From the IMG/VR virus record IMGVR_UViG_3300021364_000012, positions 1 to 64,000 of that record: a stretch of DNA of 64,000 nt; one strand, 5' to 3'. Below the pieces are notes generated by a model. That model did not search any database and had not been told where the DNA came from. It worked only from the letters and a program-made list of their open reading frames with translations. Made by a program: the position numbers and the translations under genes. The stretch is from a virus. Shown here piece after piece: positions 8,746-16,769 of this stretch; positions within the stretch are counted from its first letter, which is position 1; the number at the start of each line of letters is the position of its first letter.

Positions 8746-9474
8746 TCACCCTCTATTTACTAAGGAACATCGGAGTGTAAATAGCGGAGTGTTAGACTCC
8801 CCAGCAATGAAGAATTCAGGAACAGCTCCACTTGTAAGCGTGAAGTTCTCGCCAGGTCTTAAGATAGAGGGAGACATTCCAGGAGCACAAGAAAAGAAGA
8901 TGTTACCTCCATCTTGGGCAGAAGAAATATTCTGAATGTTGACGGTCTGACTAAAGAAAGGAAGATGTATGTTCATACTCCCTTCCCCCAAAACATCTGG
9001 AATAACCCCATCTGTGTCGAGGTTCGGAGCAGAGCCGATAGCTGTAAATACAGGTGCAGTCACACCAAAAAAATCATAAGGTGGCAAACAAACTATAGGA
9101 CCTAGAGGTGAGAACGTGCCGTCTCTGTACTTCCCTCTAATTCTGAGGTAACAAACATCGGTGTCAGGGGGGATGCGTGTTACATTAGGTTGAGGTGCAG
9201 TAGAGAAGTCATTCAGGTTAAATATAAAACGTGTTTGATCTTGCTGAGACTCATACGCACCTCTCCTCTTCGTCCTACGAATCGTTTCAGAATAGAAAGT
9301 AGAGTCGTATAGGACAGAAAACATAAAAGCAGGACTAGACTGAGCATCTGTCAAGTTAGATGCTGAATATACCTCAATCTCCACCATATCTCTCAAAGAA
9401 ACAGAGGAGATGTGCATGTCTATAAACTCTTTATTTCTGTAATTTAAACTTGGAATTAGCCGGCCTCTACTCAT
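8746..9474 (-). CDS. Hypothetical beta-rich (probably structural) protein
   Basis: 242 aa ORF; ATGA overlap with the upstream gene. Confidence 0.6.
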   Translation of the reverse strand: MSRGRLIPSLNYRNKEFIDMHISSVSLRDMVEIEVYSASNLTDAQSSPAFMFSVLYDSTFYSETIRRTKRRGAYESQQDQTRFIFNLNDFSTAPQPNVTRIPPDTDVCYLRIRGKYRDGTFSPLGPIVCLPPYDFFGVTAPVFTAIGSAPNLDTDGVIPDVLGEGSMNIHLPFFSQTVNIQNISSAQDGGNIFFSCAPGMSPSILRPGENFTLTSGAVPEFFIAGESNTPLFTLRCSLVNRG

Positions 9475-9863
9475 TTCTTACTCTCTTTCTCTTTCGCAAT
9501 AAGGGGTTCATAAGATTCAGTGCTCTTACCCTTAGACTTAGCCAATTTCTGAGCTTCCGCCCAAGAACCCACTCGCTCACCATCCACATTCGGAGCAAGA
9601 CTAACATTGGGAGCGTCTCTTTTCATTTCAGCAGTACGAGCGTCCAACTTCTTGTTTTTCTCTCTCATCTGATTTTTGATACGCATGTTTTTTCCCGTCC
9701 AACCATCTCCTTTGAGAATGAAGTTACTTGTAGGTTGGAAAATCTTAGTATTCAACGCACCGCACTCAGGGCAAGGTTGCTCTTTCTTATAATCTGCCAT
9801 TGGTACGTTATAGAGAACGTACTCATTAGAACAGCTCTTACATCGGTAAGTATAAGTAGGCAT
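9471..9863 (-). CDS. FmdB-family zinc-ribbon protein with C-terminal extension
   Basis: MPTYTYRCKSC...CPECG...FILKGDGW; start moved to ATG 9863 (SD AGGAG). Confidence 0.8.
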   Translation of the reverse strand: MPTYTYRCKSCSNEYVLYNVPMADYKKEQPCPECGALNTKIFQPTSNFILKGDGWTGKNMRIKNQMREKNKKLDARTAEMKRDAPNVSLAPNVDGERVGSWAEAQKLAKSKGKSTESYEPLIAKEKESKK

Positions 9864-9874
9864 AAAAAAAACTC

Positions 9875-10240
9875 CTAGAAATAATCTCTCATGACAGCAA
9901 CAAGGTGTTTGCACACCTTATTTATACCATCTGGATCTCTTTTTTTTGGATCAGAAGCAGACCCTCTAGGTTTCCCTAACAAATAACCATTTTTGTGTGC
10001 GTGATACTCAGGACCCGAATACTGAAAAAAGTTGCAAGTACAAGAAACAAAGTAGTCAGGGGCTTGAGTCGAGCCTTGCATCTTTACTGTGACTAGATGA
10101 TCACCAACGATGAACTCCAAGGGTCGTGCCATTAGTTTACGATTGAAATTCTTAATGACAGACAACTCTGTAGCTCGATCTAGTATTTTCTGATCAAGGC
10201 CGACGAGCATCTCTTTTTTTGTAGCAGACTGTTTGTTCAT
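9875..10240 (-). CDS. SWIM-type zinc finger protein
   Basis: SCTC..F...VCKHL motif. Confidence 0.7.
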   Translation of the reverse strand: MNKQSATKKEMLVGLDQKILDRATELSVIKNFNRKLMARPLEFIVGDHLVTVKMQGSTQAPDYFVSCTCNFFQYSGPEYHAHKNGYLLGKPRGSASDPKKRDPDGINKVCKHLVAVMRDYF

Positions 10241-10272
10241 GTTTCCAACTCCAATGTCAAAAACAAGAACAG

Positions 10273-10284
10273 ATAAAAAGACTA
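10273..10284 (-). promoter_or_regulatory. Candidate late promoter TAGTCTTTTTAT
   Basis: Exact motif match about 33 nt upstream of the SWIM gene. Confidence 0.55.
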
Positions 10285-10374
10285 TTACTTTATGTTTTTA
10301 TAAGAGCGGTACGCCTCCCTAAAAAATAAATAGTAAGTGAAACAAGTGCCTAGAACACAAAGACTAATCATCAT
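10285..10374 (-). CDS. Possible 29-aa membrane peptide (MMISLCVLGTCFTYYLFFREAYRSYKNIK)
   Basis: Manual translation; SD-like AGAGG upstream; fills the intergenic gap. Confidence 0.35.
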   Translation of the reverse strand: MMISLCVLGTCFTYYLFFREAYRSYKNIK

Positions 10375-10442
10375 AGTAGACCTCTCTTTAAGATGGTTTT
10401 TTTAAGAGGACTCGAAGTACTATAAATAAAAAACAAATTCAA

Positions 10443-10772
10443 CTAAGAAAGGTGTGAGATGACCCCTGCAATCGCACACAAAACCAACGCAATCACACCC
10501 TTTATATTAAAACCAAAGAAATAGCAGTTAAGAATTAAATCTATAGTGAGAGAACAAAGCCCCCAAATTACACCTGCTTTCCAAACATCCCCCAACTCAA
10601 TCAACTTCCACCAAGCGGTAAGCGTCATATAGTTTGTCAAAAGACTCGTATAAAGCCACCACTTAAAAGGTGTCCAATCCCAACCGTATATTTCTTTTGA
10701 GTTCCCTTTGAACCAAAAAATAATATTGGCAAGACCAAACATTAAAACAGGGAAGAAATACTGCTTGTTCAT
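10443..10772 (-). CDS. Small 4-TM membrane protein (DMT/SMR-like topology)
   Basis: Four hydrophobic segments in 109 aa. Confidence 0.55.
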   Translation of the reverse strand: MNKQYFFPVLMFGLANIIFWFKGNSKEIYGWDWTPFKWWLYTSLLTNYMTLTAWWKLIELGDVWKAGVIWGLCSLTIDLILNCYFFGFNIKGVIALVLCAIAGVISHLS

Positions 10773-10790
10773 AAGACACCACTAAAAAGG

Positions 10791-10970
10791 CTAATAGCCT
10801 CCAGTATTAAACCAACCTTTACCCTTAAGAATAAAAGTAGTCGCCTTTATTACTTTTTCGACCACGCTCTTACATTCAGGGCAATCTGGATTCGGATCAC
10901 TCATCTTTTGTGTCCTCTGAAATTCATGCTTACACTCTTCATTTTTACAACGATAATTATATAAAGGCAT
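10791..10970 (-). CDS. FmdB-family zinc-ribbon protein
   Basis: MPLYNYRC...C.HEF...QKMSD...CPEC...FILKGKGWF; start at ATG 10970. Confidence 0.85.
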   Translation of the reverse strand: MPLYNYRCKNEECKHEFQRTQKMSDPNPDCPECKSVVEKVIKATTFILKGKGWFNTGGY

Positions 10971-11212
10971 CAGCCCTCTCCTTTCTTTGTTCTCTGTTCT
11001 TTGCGTTCTTTTTCTTTTATTTGTCGGTCTAACATTGCCAACATTTCTAAACACAAAGTTAAGTTTTTCAATGTTTGACTTACAAGATTCTTAAAGTCCT
11101 TGGGTAAACCCTCTACGTTATTGCGACTTACAAAAGAATTTACAGATCGAATAGAGTCATATCCACTTGCTATACGGTGTTTTATCTTACTCACATCTCT
11201 TTTATTAGACAT
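10970..11212 (-). CDS. Hypothetical helical protein
   Basis: 80 aa ORF, SD GGAG, coupled to the FmdB gene. Confidence 0.55.
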   Translation of the reverse strand: MSNKRDVSKIKHRIASGYDSIRSVNSFVSRNNVEGLPKDFKNLVSQTLKNLTLCLEMLAMLDRQIKEKERKEQRTKKGEG

Positions 11213-11225
11213 AAGGCAGTCTCCT

Positions 11226-11495
11226 GTGAAGCAATCTTGGAAAAACGTAGCGGGCTTGTTAGTGTACCCACACTTTAAGAAAAAACAGAAAATAAGAACA
11301 CATAAAAAAGGAGATTACGAGGGCTGGATTCCAGATTTAGAAGACCCTGTGACTCTCCACTTCTTTTTAGGACTCTTAATAGAGCAAGGAACAGAAATAG
11401 TAAAAATAGAAGAAACCTACAAGCTAGATGGAGAAGAAATGACTAAAGAACAACTCAAAGAGTGGATTTTCAGTGCATTTCTTGAGGAAGAATAA
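11226..11495 (+). CDS. Hypothetical protein
   Basis: Fills the gap; 'WIPDLEDPVTL' motif; start uncertain (GTG 11226). Confidence 0.45.
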   Translation: MKQSWKNVAGLLVYPHFKKKQKIRTHKKGDYEGWIPDLEDPVTLHFFLGLLIEQGTEIVKIEETYKLDGEEMTKEQLKEWIFSAFLEEE

Positions 11496-12081
11496 ATGTG
11501 TCTTCCTTAGATCGACCATCATAGTAACCTAGCTTTGCCATCACCGAAAAAGAAAGAACGCCCCCATTCTCGTCTTCTCTGACAACATTGCCTTTTTCCA
11601 CACTCTTCTCAACAAACCCCTTAACATAAGAGGGAGAGACGCCCTCTTTGTTTAAAGCTATAGTGATGAAAGGGTGGGGGTAGGAAACAAGCTCTTTTAA
11701 AGAACTAGGTGGTTCTATCAACACAGCTACTGCTTTTTCGTTTGCAACAAGACCTGTGATCTTCAGACCTACTTCACTGCCAATCTTACCTACAAAAGAC
11801 TCAGGAATATCTGAAGCTCTCCCTTTCTCTCCAAACATCTGAATAGGCATATGATGTGAGACGATTGACCATCCTGCCCAATTGCTAGGGGTGGCATCTT
11901 GCTTCGACACCCAAGAAAGAAGCCTGTTCTTTTCAGACTCTGAGATGACGGCTTCAAGAAATAAAACAACCGTGTCTTCAGAGGCTTTCTTTAGGTAGCT
12001 TGCAATCTTCTGTCTCAACTCAGGACGCTCTTTTGCAATCCTAATCAATTTTTTTTCGGATTTGGTCAATCTCTCGTACAT
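11470..12081 (-). CDS. 2H-phosphoesterase-like fold with degenerate HxT motifs and an N-terminal LIRIA..RPELR leader
   Basis: 'HHMPI' and 'PHPFITIA' at the expected spacing with the intervening 'V.L.ITG...NEKAVAV'. Confidence 0.5.
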   Translation of the reverse strand: MYERLTKSEKKLIRIAKERPELRQKIASYLKKASEDTVVLFLEAVISESEKNRLLSWVSKQDATPSNWAGWSIVSHHMPIQMFGEKGRASDIPESFVGKIGSEVGLKITGLVANEKAVAVLIEPPSSLKELVSYPHPFITIALNKEGVSPSYVKGFVEKSVEKGNVVREDENGGVLSFSVMAKLGYYDGRSKEDTFILPQEMH

Positions 12082-12124
12082 GGTAGTATCTTCCCTTCTT
12101 AGAAAAAGCTAACAACCTTAATAA

Positions 12125-12136
12125 ATAAAAAAACTA
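12125..12136 (-). promoter_or_regulatory. Candidate late promoter TAGTTTTTTTAT
   Basis: Exact motif match about 44 nt upstream of the 2H-like gene. Confidence 0.55.
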
Positions 12137-12484
12137 ACAATCTTTATAGGGGTGCTCACTAAAAGGCACAAAAATAGAGCGATACGGGAGAGAACAAGGT
12201 TCAAACTCTCCAAACTTGACATATATGTCGCCTCTCTTCTCATAATAGTCTCCTAGTGGACTACGATACAGCTCATAGTCTAAAAGCAATTTTATATTTC
12301 TCACCATGCTTCTTGAGTACATATCTTCGAGCACTTTACCCATGTGCTTCTCAAAGTCCAAGATCGTTTTGAAGTGACCACAGACTTCGGAATACTCTGA
12401 GTCTACAAAGACGCTACCGTCCTTATAAATAGTGAATACATCTTTGGGATTGCGACACAAGTTGAAAGAAATAAGAATCTTCAT
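12134..12484 (-). CDS. Hypothetical protein
   Basis: 116 aa ORF, SD AGGAG. Confidence 0.6.
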   Translation of the reverse strand: MKILISFNLCRNPKDVFTIYKDGSVFVDSEYSEVCGHFKTILDFEKHMGKVLEDMYSRSMVRNIKLLLDYELYRSPLGDYYEKRGDIYVKFGEFEPCSLPYRSIFVPFSEHPYKDC

Positions 12485-12611
12485 AGCAAGCTCTCCTACC
12501 GAAGTGAAACTTCAAAGAAAATGCCCAACATAAAAGAAGAAATAACAATGTTTTTTATTTTTTTATCTAAAGTCCAAAAGTAGAGTAAAACAATACTAAA
12601 GGTGAAAGAAT

Positions 12612-13022
12612 ATGAGAGCATCAAGTAATAAAGTAGCTTCTAGTCAAGCGTCTTGGTCTATCCTAGCAGGTGGTGTTTCGGAGGCTAGAGTTGAAGCGTA
12701 CAAGCTAAGAGTTGCAATCAACCAAATGGAGAAAGCAATCAAGTCATCTCCAGAAATAAGAGATGAAGTCTATCGCTTATGTGGAGACAACTTCCTTTCC
12801 ATTCCTCAGATTTTATCTGAAATGGAGAGACAACTCGATAAGACCAACTACGCACTTATTACTATGGGAGAGGATTTCTACAGACAAAGACTCACCCACA
12901 CAGACAGAGAAACAGTAGACATAGCGTCTAAAGCGACTCCTCTACCAAATGTCCCTATCACGAAAGACTCTGAGATGAAAGAACTGCTCTCTCAAGTTAT
13001 CGAGAGAATGAAGAATAGTTAA
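12612..13022 (+). CDS. Hypothetical helical protein with N-terminal KVAS junction (possible head protein)
   Basis: 136 aa ORF, SD AAGG. Confidence 0.6.
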   Translation: MRASSNKVASSQASWSILAGGVSEARVEAYKLRVAINQMEKAIKSSPEIRDEVYRLCGDNFLSIPQILSEMERQLDKTNYALITMGEDFYRQRLTHTDRETVDIASKATPLPNVPITKDSEMKELLSQVIERMKNS

Positions 13023-13699
13023 CTAAACATTCTTTTCATCATACGGAACCCACCTTTAGATAAGACTTCATTCGGGTCTTTGCCTCTGTATTTCCAAATA
13101 ACAGAGCGTATCCCGTTCTCAGTAAACTTACGATGGAGCATCTGAGACTTATTTCTCCCTGTCTCATCATTATCGTAAGCAATATATATAGTAGAGCGTG
13201 GAGTATAAAATCTTAAAAGAGTGTCGAATGTGATCTGAGTCATACCTGCTCTCAGAGTACACATGACTGCATCTGATTGGGAAACAGCTTGTTCCACCGC
13301 AGTAAAGTCAAAAGAGCCTTCTACGAGCCAGACATCTCCAGTTCCTCGCCACAAGGTATCTATGACTTTCTTAGCTCCCAAGAAATAGGGGTTCCAAGAA
13401 GCCCTGTCTGTTTGATACTTAAGAACAAACTTAGACCCATCAGGAGAGATTTTACGAGCTTCAAAACCCAAGACACTCCCGTCGTAAGAACATATTGGGA
13501 TGATTAAAAAGCCTTTCAGTTTCTGCCCTCTGTCTCCAAAAGAAGAAGCAAAGCGAGCACAAGGGCAAACTACAGAAGGAGGCTCCCAAACAAAGAAATC
13601 AAGACTATTTAAGTCTGTAACCAATCTTCGTTTTAAGTAGTCCCTATAGTAAGAAGAGACTTCAGAAAAACCCAACCGAAGATAGTCTTTGATTTTCAT
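13019..13699 (-). CDS. Toprim-domain DNA primase-like protein lacking the Zn-binding domain
   Basis: LIIPI...V.GFEAR, WLVEGSFD, IAYDNDETG, GKDPNE (DnaG catalytic core motifs). Confidence 0.8.
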   Translation of the reverse strand: MKIKDYLRLGFSEVSSYYRDYLKRRLVTDLNSLDFFVWEPPSVVCPCARFASSFGDRGQKLKGFLIIPICSYDGSVLGFEARKISPDGSKFVLKYQTDRASWNPYFLGAKKVIDTLWRGTGDVWLVEGSFDFTAVEQAVSQSDAVMCTLRAGMTQITFDTLLRFYTPRSTIYIAYDNDETGRNKSQMLHRKFTENGIRSVIWKYRGKDPNEVLSKGGFRMMKRMFS

Positions 13700-14463
13700 A
13701 CTGCTGGTGCCCAAGGAGGAGCCTCCTCTTCTCCACTTCTAACTTTAGCTCCTTTGTTGTACCCTTCCATATATAACGCAGAGTCACTCTGAGCCTCTTT
13801 CTCTTTGATAGAGTCAACATAGCCCTGTATTTTCTCTAAAGGAACAGCAAGACTCGGAGCACCTGTTTTAATCATAGCCATAAATAACTCTCTTTCTTCA
13901 CAGAAGTTCTTAGCAATAGAATAATAAGTGACCCAATAATCCACTCTATGTTTATAGAAACTAGAGCATTTCCCATAAAACCCACTGTTATGGTGGCAGA
14001 TGTGTAAGTCTTTCTTGTCCATCATAGTCAGTAAACGATTAAGAGTGTCTATAGAGTAAGAGAGCTTTTCTAACTTACGGCACTCTTTTTGTATCTCAAG
14101 AGTGTTCTCACTCTCTTCCCACCCAACATAACCCCTCTTCCTGTGGAAGAGAGGATAGGAGTGTCGAGCGTGAATCTGAAAAGTACCACAAGCCTTTCCC
14201 TTGTCTCCACGGCTTATATTGAGTCTTAATCTTGACTCGACCCAAGAAAGAGCAAGAACCCTCACGTCCGTATCTGCTCCTTCCCAAATATAACGCACAA
14301 ACTTCTCAACGTCTTTCCTTTTTGTCGGACGATGCTTATGAAACTCCAAAACTCTAGTCTTCTTGTAGTCTTTGCCTTTCGTGATGTGGTACTTAGAAGA
14401 CTCATGTACTGCATCTACGAAACACTGAAAAAAAGAAGAAAAAACAACAAGTAAACTCAACAT
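13696..14463 (-). CDS. Lysozyme-like/lytic transglycosylase domain protein with N-terminal hydrophobic signal
   Basis: 'ALSWVESRL...GD.GKACG.FQIH...HNSG' SLT-like catalytic Glu motif. Confidence 0.6.
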   Translation of the reverse strand: MLSLLVVFSSFFQCFVDAVHESSKYHITKGKDYKKTRVLEFHKHRPTKRKDVEKFVRYIWEGADTDVRVLALSWVESRLRLNISRGDKGKACGTFQIHARHSYPLFHRKRGYVGWEESENTLEIQKECRKLEKLSYSIDTLNRLLTMMDKKDLHICHHNSGFYGKCSSFYKHRVDYWVTYYSIAKNFCEERELFMAMIKTGAPSLAVPLEKIQGYVDSIKEKEAQSDSALYMEGYNKGAKVRSGEEEAPPWAPAV

Positions 14464-14471
14464 AACAAAAC

Positions 14472-15485
14472 TCAAAGAAGCGGTAGTAAAGAAAGGTCTT
14501 CGGCTCTATACATAATCAACATATGTGTTAAAAGAAAAATCCTACCTTGCATCTTCGTGGCTAAAGGTATTTCTTTGCTGTCCCAAAGACTACGGGCTTT
14601 AATCTGCTCTAATTGATTTCGGACGTATAAAACGACATCCTTAACTGCTTCTGAGTCTGAATGTTCGTCCCCTAAAATATCTGCACAAAGGCGTTGGATA
14701 TTTTTAGCTTGGAAACACTTCTCCAAACCTCGACCAAGAAGAAGCATATTCTGAGGAGTGTTCGCATACGCACCGTCATCGTTTGTCTTTAGGTAAGATA
14801 TTTTCTCACAGTGATCGTGGAACAGAGAAACCAAAGAAGAGTTTAACACCACATTAACTCTCGAACCGTGAGCATCTACTAAGAAAGTGTCTGTCTCTGT
14901 CCCATCTAAAAAGTCATATGAGGAGAAATAATCAAGATCGACTTCATCTAAAGGCACACTCTTAGATATTTCTAGCATGTCCGAAAAAACACCCACATCC
15001 AAAGGTATCTTGTAACGTGTCAAACTATTTCTTGTGTAGCGTAGAGGGTCTTTTACTCGAACTGAGGGAAAAGAGTTTTCTGAGAAATACCTACAAAACC
15101 TTGTTCTCAGGGTTTTGTTGGGGACACAATCAAAGAACTGGCATACTTCAAGAGAGGAAAGTAAAAGCTCAGAGGAGCCTTCCCACTCTAAAAAAGCGTT
15201 GGCGAACTTAAGTATTGCGTCAGGTTCTTCTACAGGTTCACTTGTAGCCGCCCCCTCAAGCTCAACCTCTCCCTCACCTTCGTCAGTTTTTTCACTGACG
15301 CAAAGTTGTAAAACTATCTCTTTTAACTGATCTTTTGAGAAGCCATATTTCTCACCTAAAGAATACAATTCAAGAGTATGCTTGACTTTCTCCAAGCCAT
15401 GTATAGAAATGACGTTGTGGAACAATCCGATTCCACTTTTTTCCAACTCATTTAGTTGGATGATTATGTTTTTTGTTTCTCCCAA
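14472..15485 (-). CDS. Hypothetical protein
   Basis: Long ORF; probable TTG start at 15485 with SD AAGGAG. Confidence 0.6.
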   Translation of the reverse strand: MGETKNIIIQLNELEKSGIGLFHNVISIHGLEKVKHTLELYSLGEKYGFSKDQLKEIVLQLCVSEKTDEGEGEVELEGAATSEPVEEPDAILKFANAFLEWEGSSELLLSSLEVCQFFDCVPNKTLRTRFCRYFSENSFPSVRVKDPLRYTRNSLTRYKIPLDVGVFSDMLEISKSVPLDEVDLDYFSSYDFLDGTETDTFLVDAHGSRVNVVLNSSLVSLFHDHCEKISYLKTNDDGAYANTPQNMLLLGRGLEKCFQAKNIQRLCADILGDEHSDSEAVKDVVLYVRNQLEQIKARSLWDSKEIPLATKMQGRIFLLTHMLIMYRAEDLSLLPLL

Positions 15486-15537
15486 AGCAAAAACTCCTTT
15501 GTTTTTAGTATTTCTCTCCAAGAAAGGGGATACCACT

Positions 15538-16173
15538 GTGCCGAGAACCTTATATAATACAAAGATCAAATCTCAAAGAAAACCTTGGCAAAAAGGAGTA
15601 ATCCCTATTCAAAGCTTAAGTTTGAAGTATGGAAGAAATCAGAAGCAGAGAAAGTTGGGGATTGACTTAAATGAGAAATACGAAGAGGTCAAAAAGCTTT
15701 TCTACAAACATTGTGGGAAAATGTGTTTAGACGCAAAGTGCGACCCTCAAGACGTTCTTCAAGAAGTGTGCAAAGGTATTCTTATCCGAAACAAAGGAAC
15801 ATGCCCCTTCGATGAAAAGAAGTCTGCTTTCTCAACTTATGTCGTTATGGTGAGCAGATGTGTCACAACAAACTATATAAATAAAAGAAACAGACACTCG
15901 CAGAAAGAAACCACAGGAGTGGAAGACACAATCGAAAAAACAGATTACGCAATCGCACACAGTTGCACTGTAGAAGACTATGACACTATTTTAACAATCA
16001 AAGAAGTAAGAGACCACCTCGCAGGAAATATGAGGGACATTTTCGATGACTTATTACTAGGACACAACGTGTCACACATCTCTAAGAGTCGTGGGATAGA
16101 CAGTCGAAAAATTAAAAACTACATAGAAAAAATAAAGAAGGTCTTAATACCACTCGGAGTAGCACCATGCTGA
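15538..16173 (+). CDS. Sigma70-family (ECF-like) RNA polymerase sigma factor
   Basis: Region 2 'DPQDVLQEV...FDEKKSAFSTYV' and C-terminal HTH; probable GTG start at 15538. Confidence 0.7.
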   Translation: MPRTLYNTKIKSQRKPWQKGVIPIQSLSLKYGRNQKQRKLGIDLNEKYEEVKKLFYKHCGKMCLDAKCDPQDVLQEVCKGILIRNKGTCPFDEKKSAFSTYVVMVSRCVTTNYINKRNRHSQKETTGVEDTIEKTDYAIAHSCTVEDYDTILTIKEVRDHLAGNMRDIFDDLLLGHNVSHISKSRGIDSRKIKNYIEKIKKVLIPLGVAPC

Positions 16174-16769
16174 CTTTTATATATTCCACCGTCAACGCAG
16201 GCAAAACTGCTAATCTTCTCATGAGAGCATATTCTTGCTGTGAGAGAAATATCTCCCACTCAATATATGTTCCAGACGTAGCTTCAGCGAGAGACGGTAA
16301 AAATCAAATCGCATCAAGAATTGGATTCACTAAACAAGCCATCTCGGTGTCAGAAGAAGACAACCTCCTAGAAATAACCGTCAAGAAACTTATTAATGGT
16401 GGGAAAGACGATGTGATCTTTGTAGATGAAGCACAGTTCTTAACCAAAGAACAGGTTATTCAGCTATCAAACATAGTCTCAGAGCTAGAAATAAAAGTCT
16501 ATGCGTATGGTTTACGCACAGACTTTAGAGGCGAGCCTTTTGAAGGTTCAGTATATCTAATGTCTTGGGCAGACGAGATACAGGAAATATCCACATTCGG
16601 AAGTAATGGAAGCAAAGCCATCTTTAATCAGAAGATAGACAAAAACGGAAACGGAGTCTCTGAAGGAGACTCCGTTGACGCAGGGTTCCACTATATCCCT
16701 GTAACTCGATCTGAGTTCGTACTACTAAATCGAGCTACGGATGTTAAAGGTGAACTGGATATAGAGTAG
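16167..16769 (+). CDS. tdk: Thymidine kinase
   Basis: YSTVNAGKT, IASRIG, IFVDEAQFL, YGLRTDFRGEPFEGS. Confidence 0.95.
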   Translation: MLTFIYSTVNAGKTANLLMRAYSCCERNISHSIYVPDVASARDGKNQIASRIGFTKQAISVSEEDNLLEITVKKLINGGKDDVIFVDEAQFLTKEQVIQLSNIVSELEIKVYAYGLRTDFRGEPFEGSVYLMSWADEIQEISTFGSNGSKAIFNQKIDKNGNGVSEGDSVDAGFHYIPVTRSEFVLLNRATDVKGELDIE

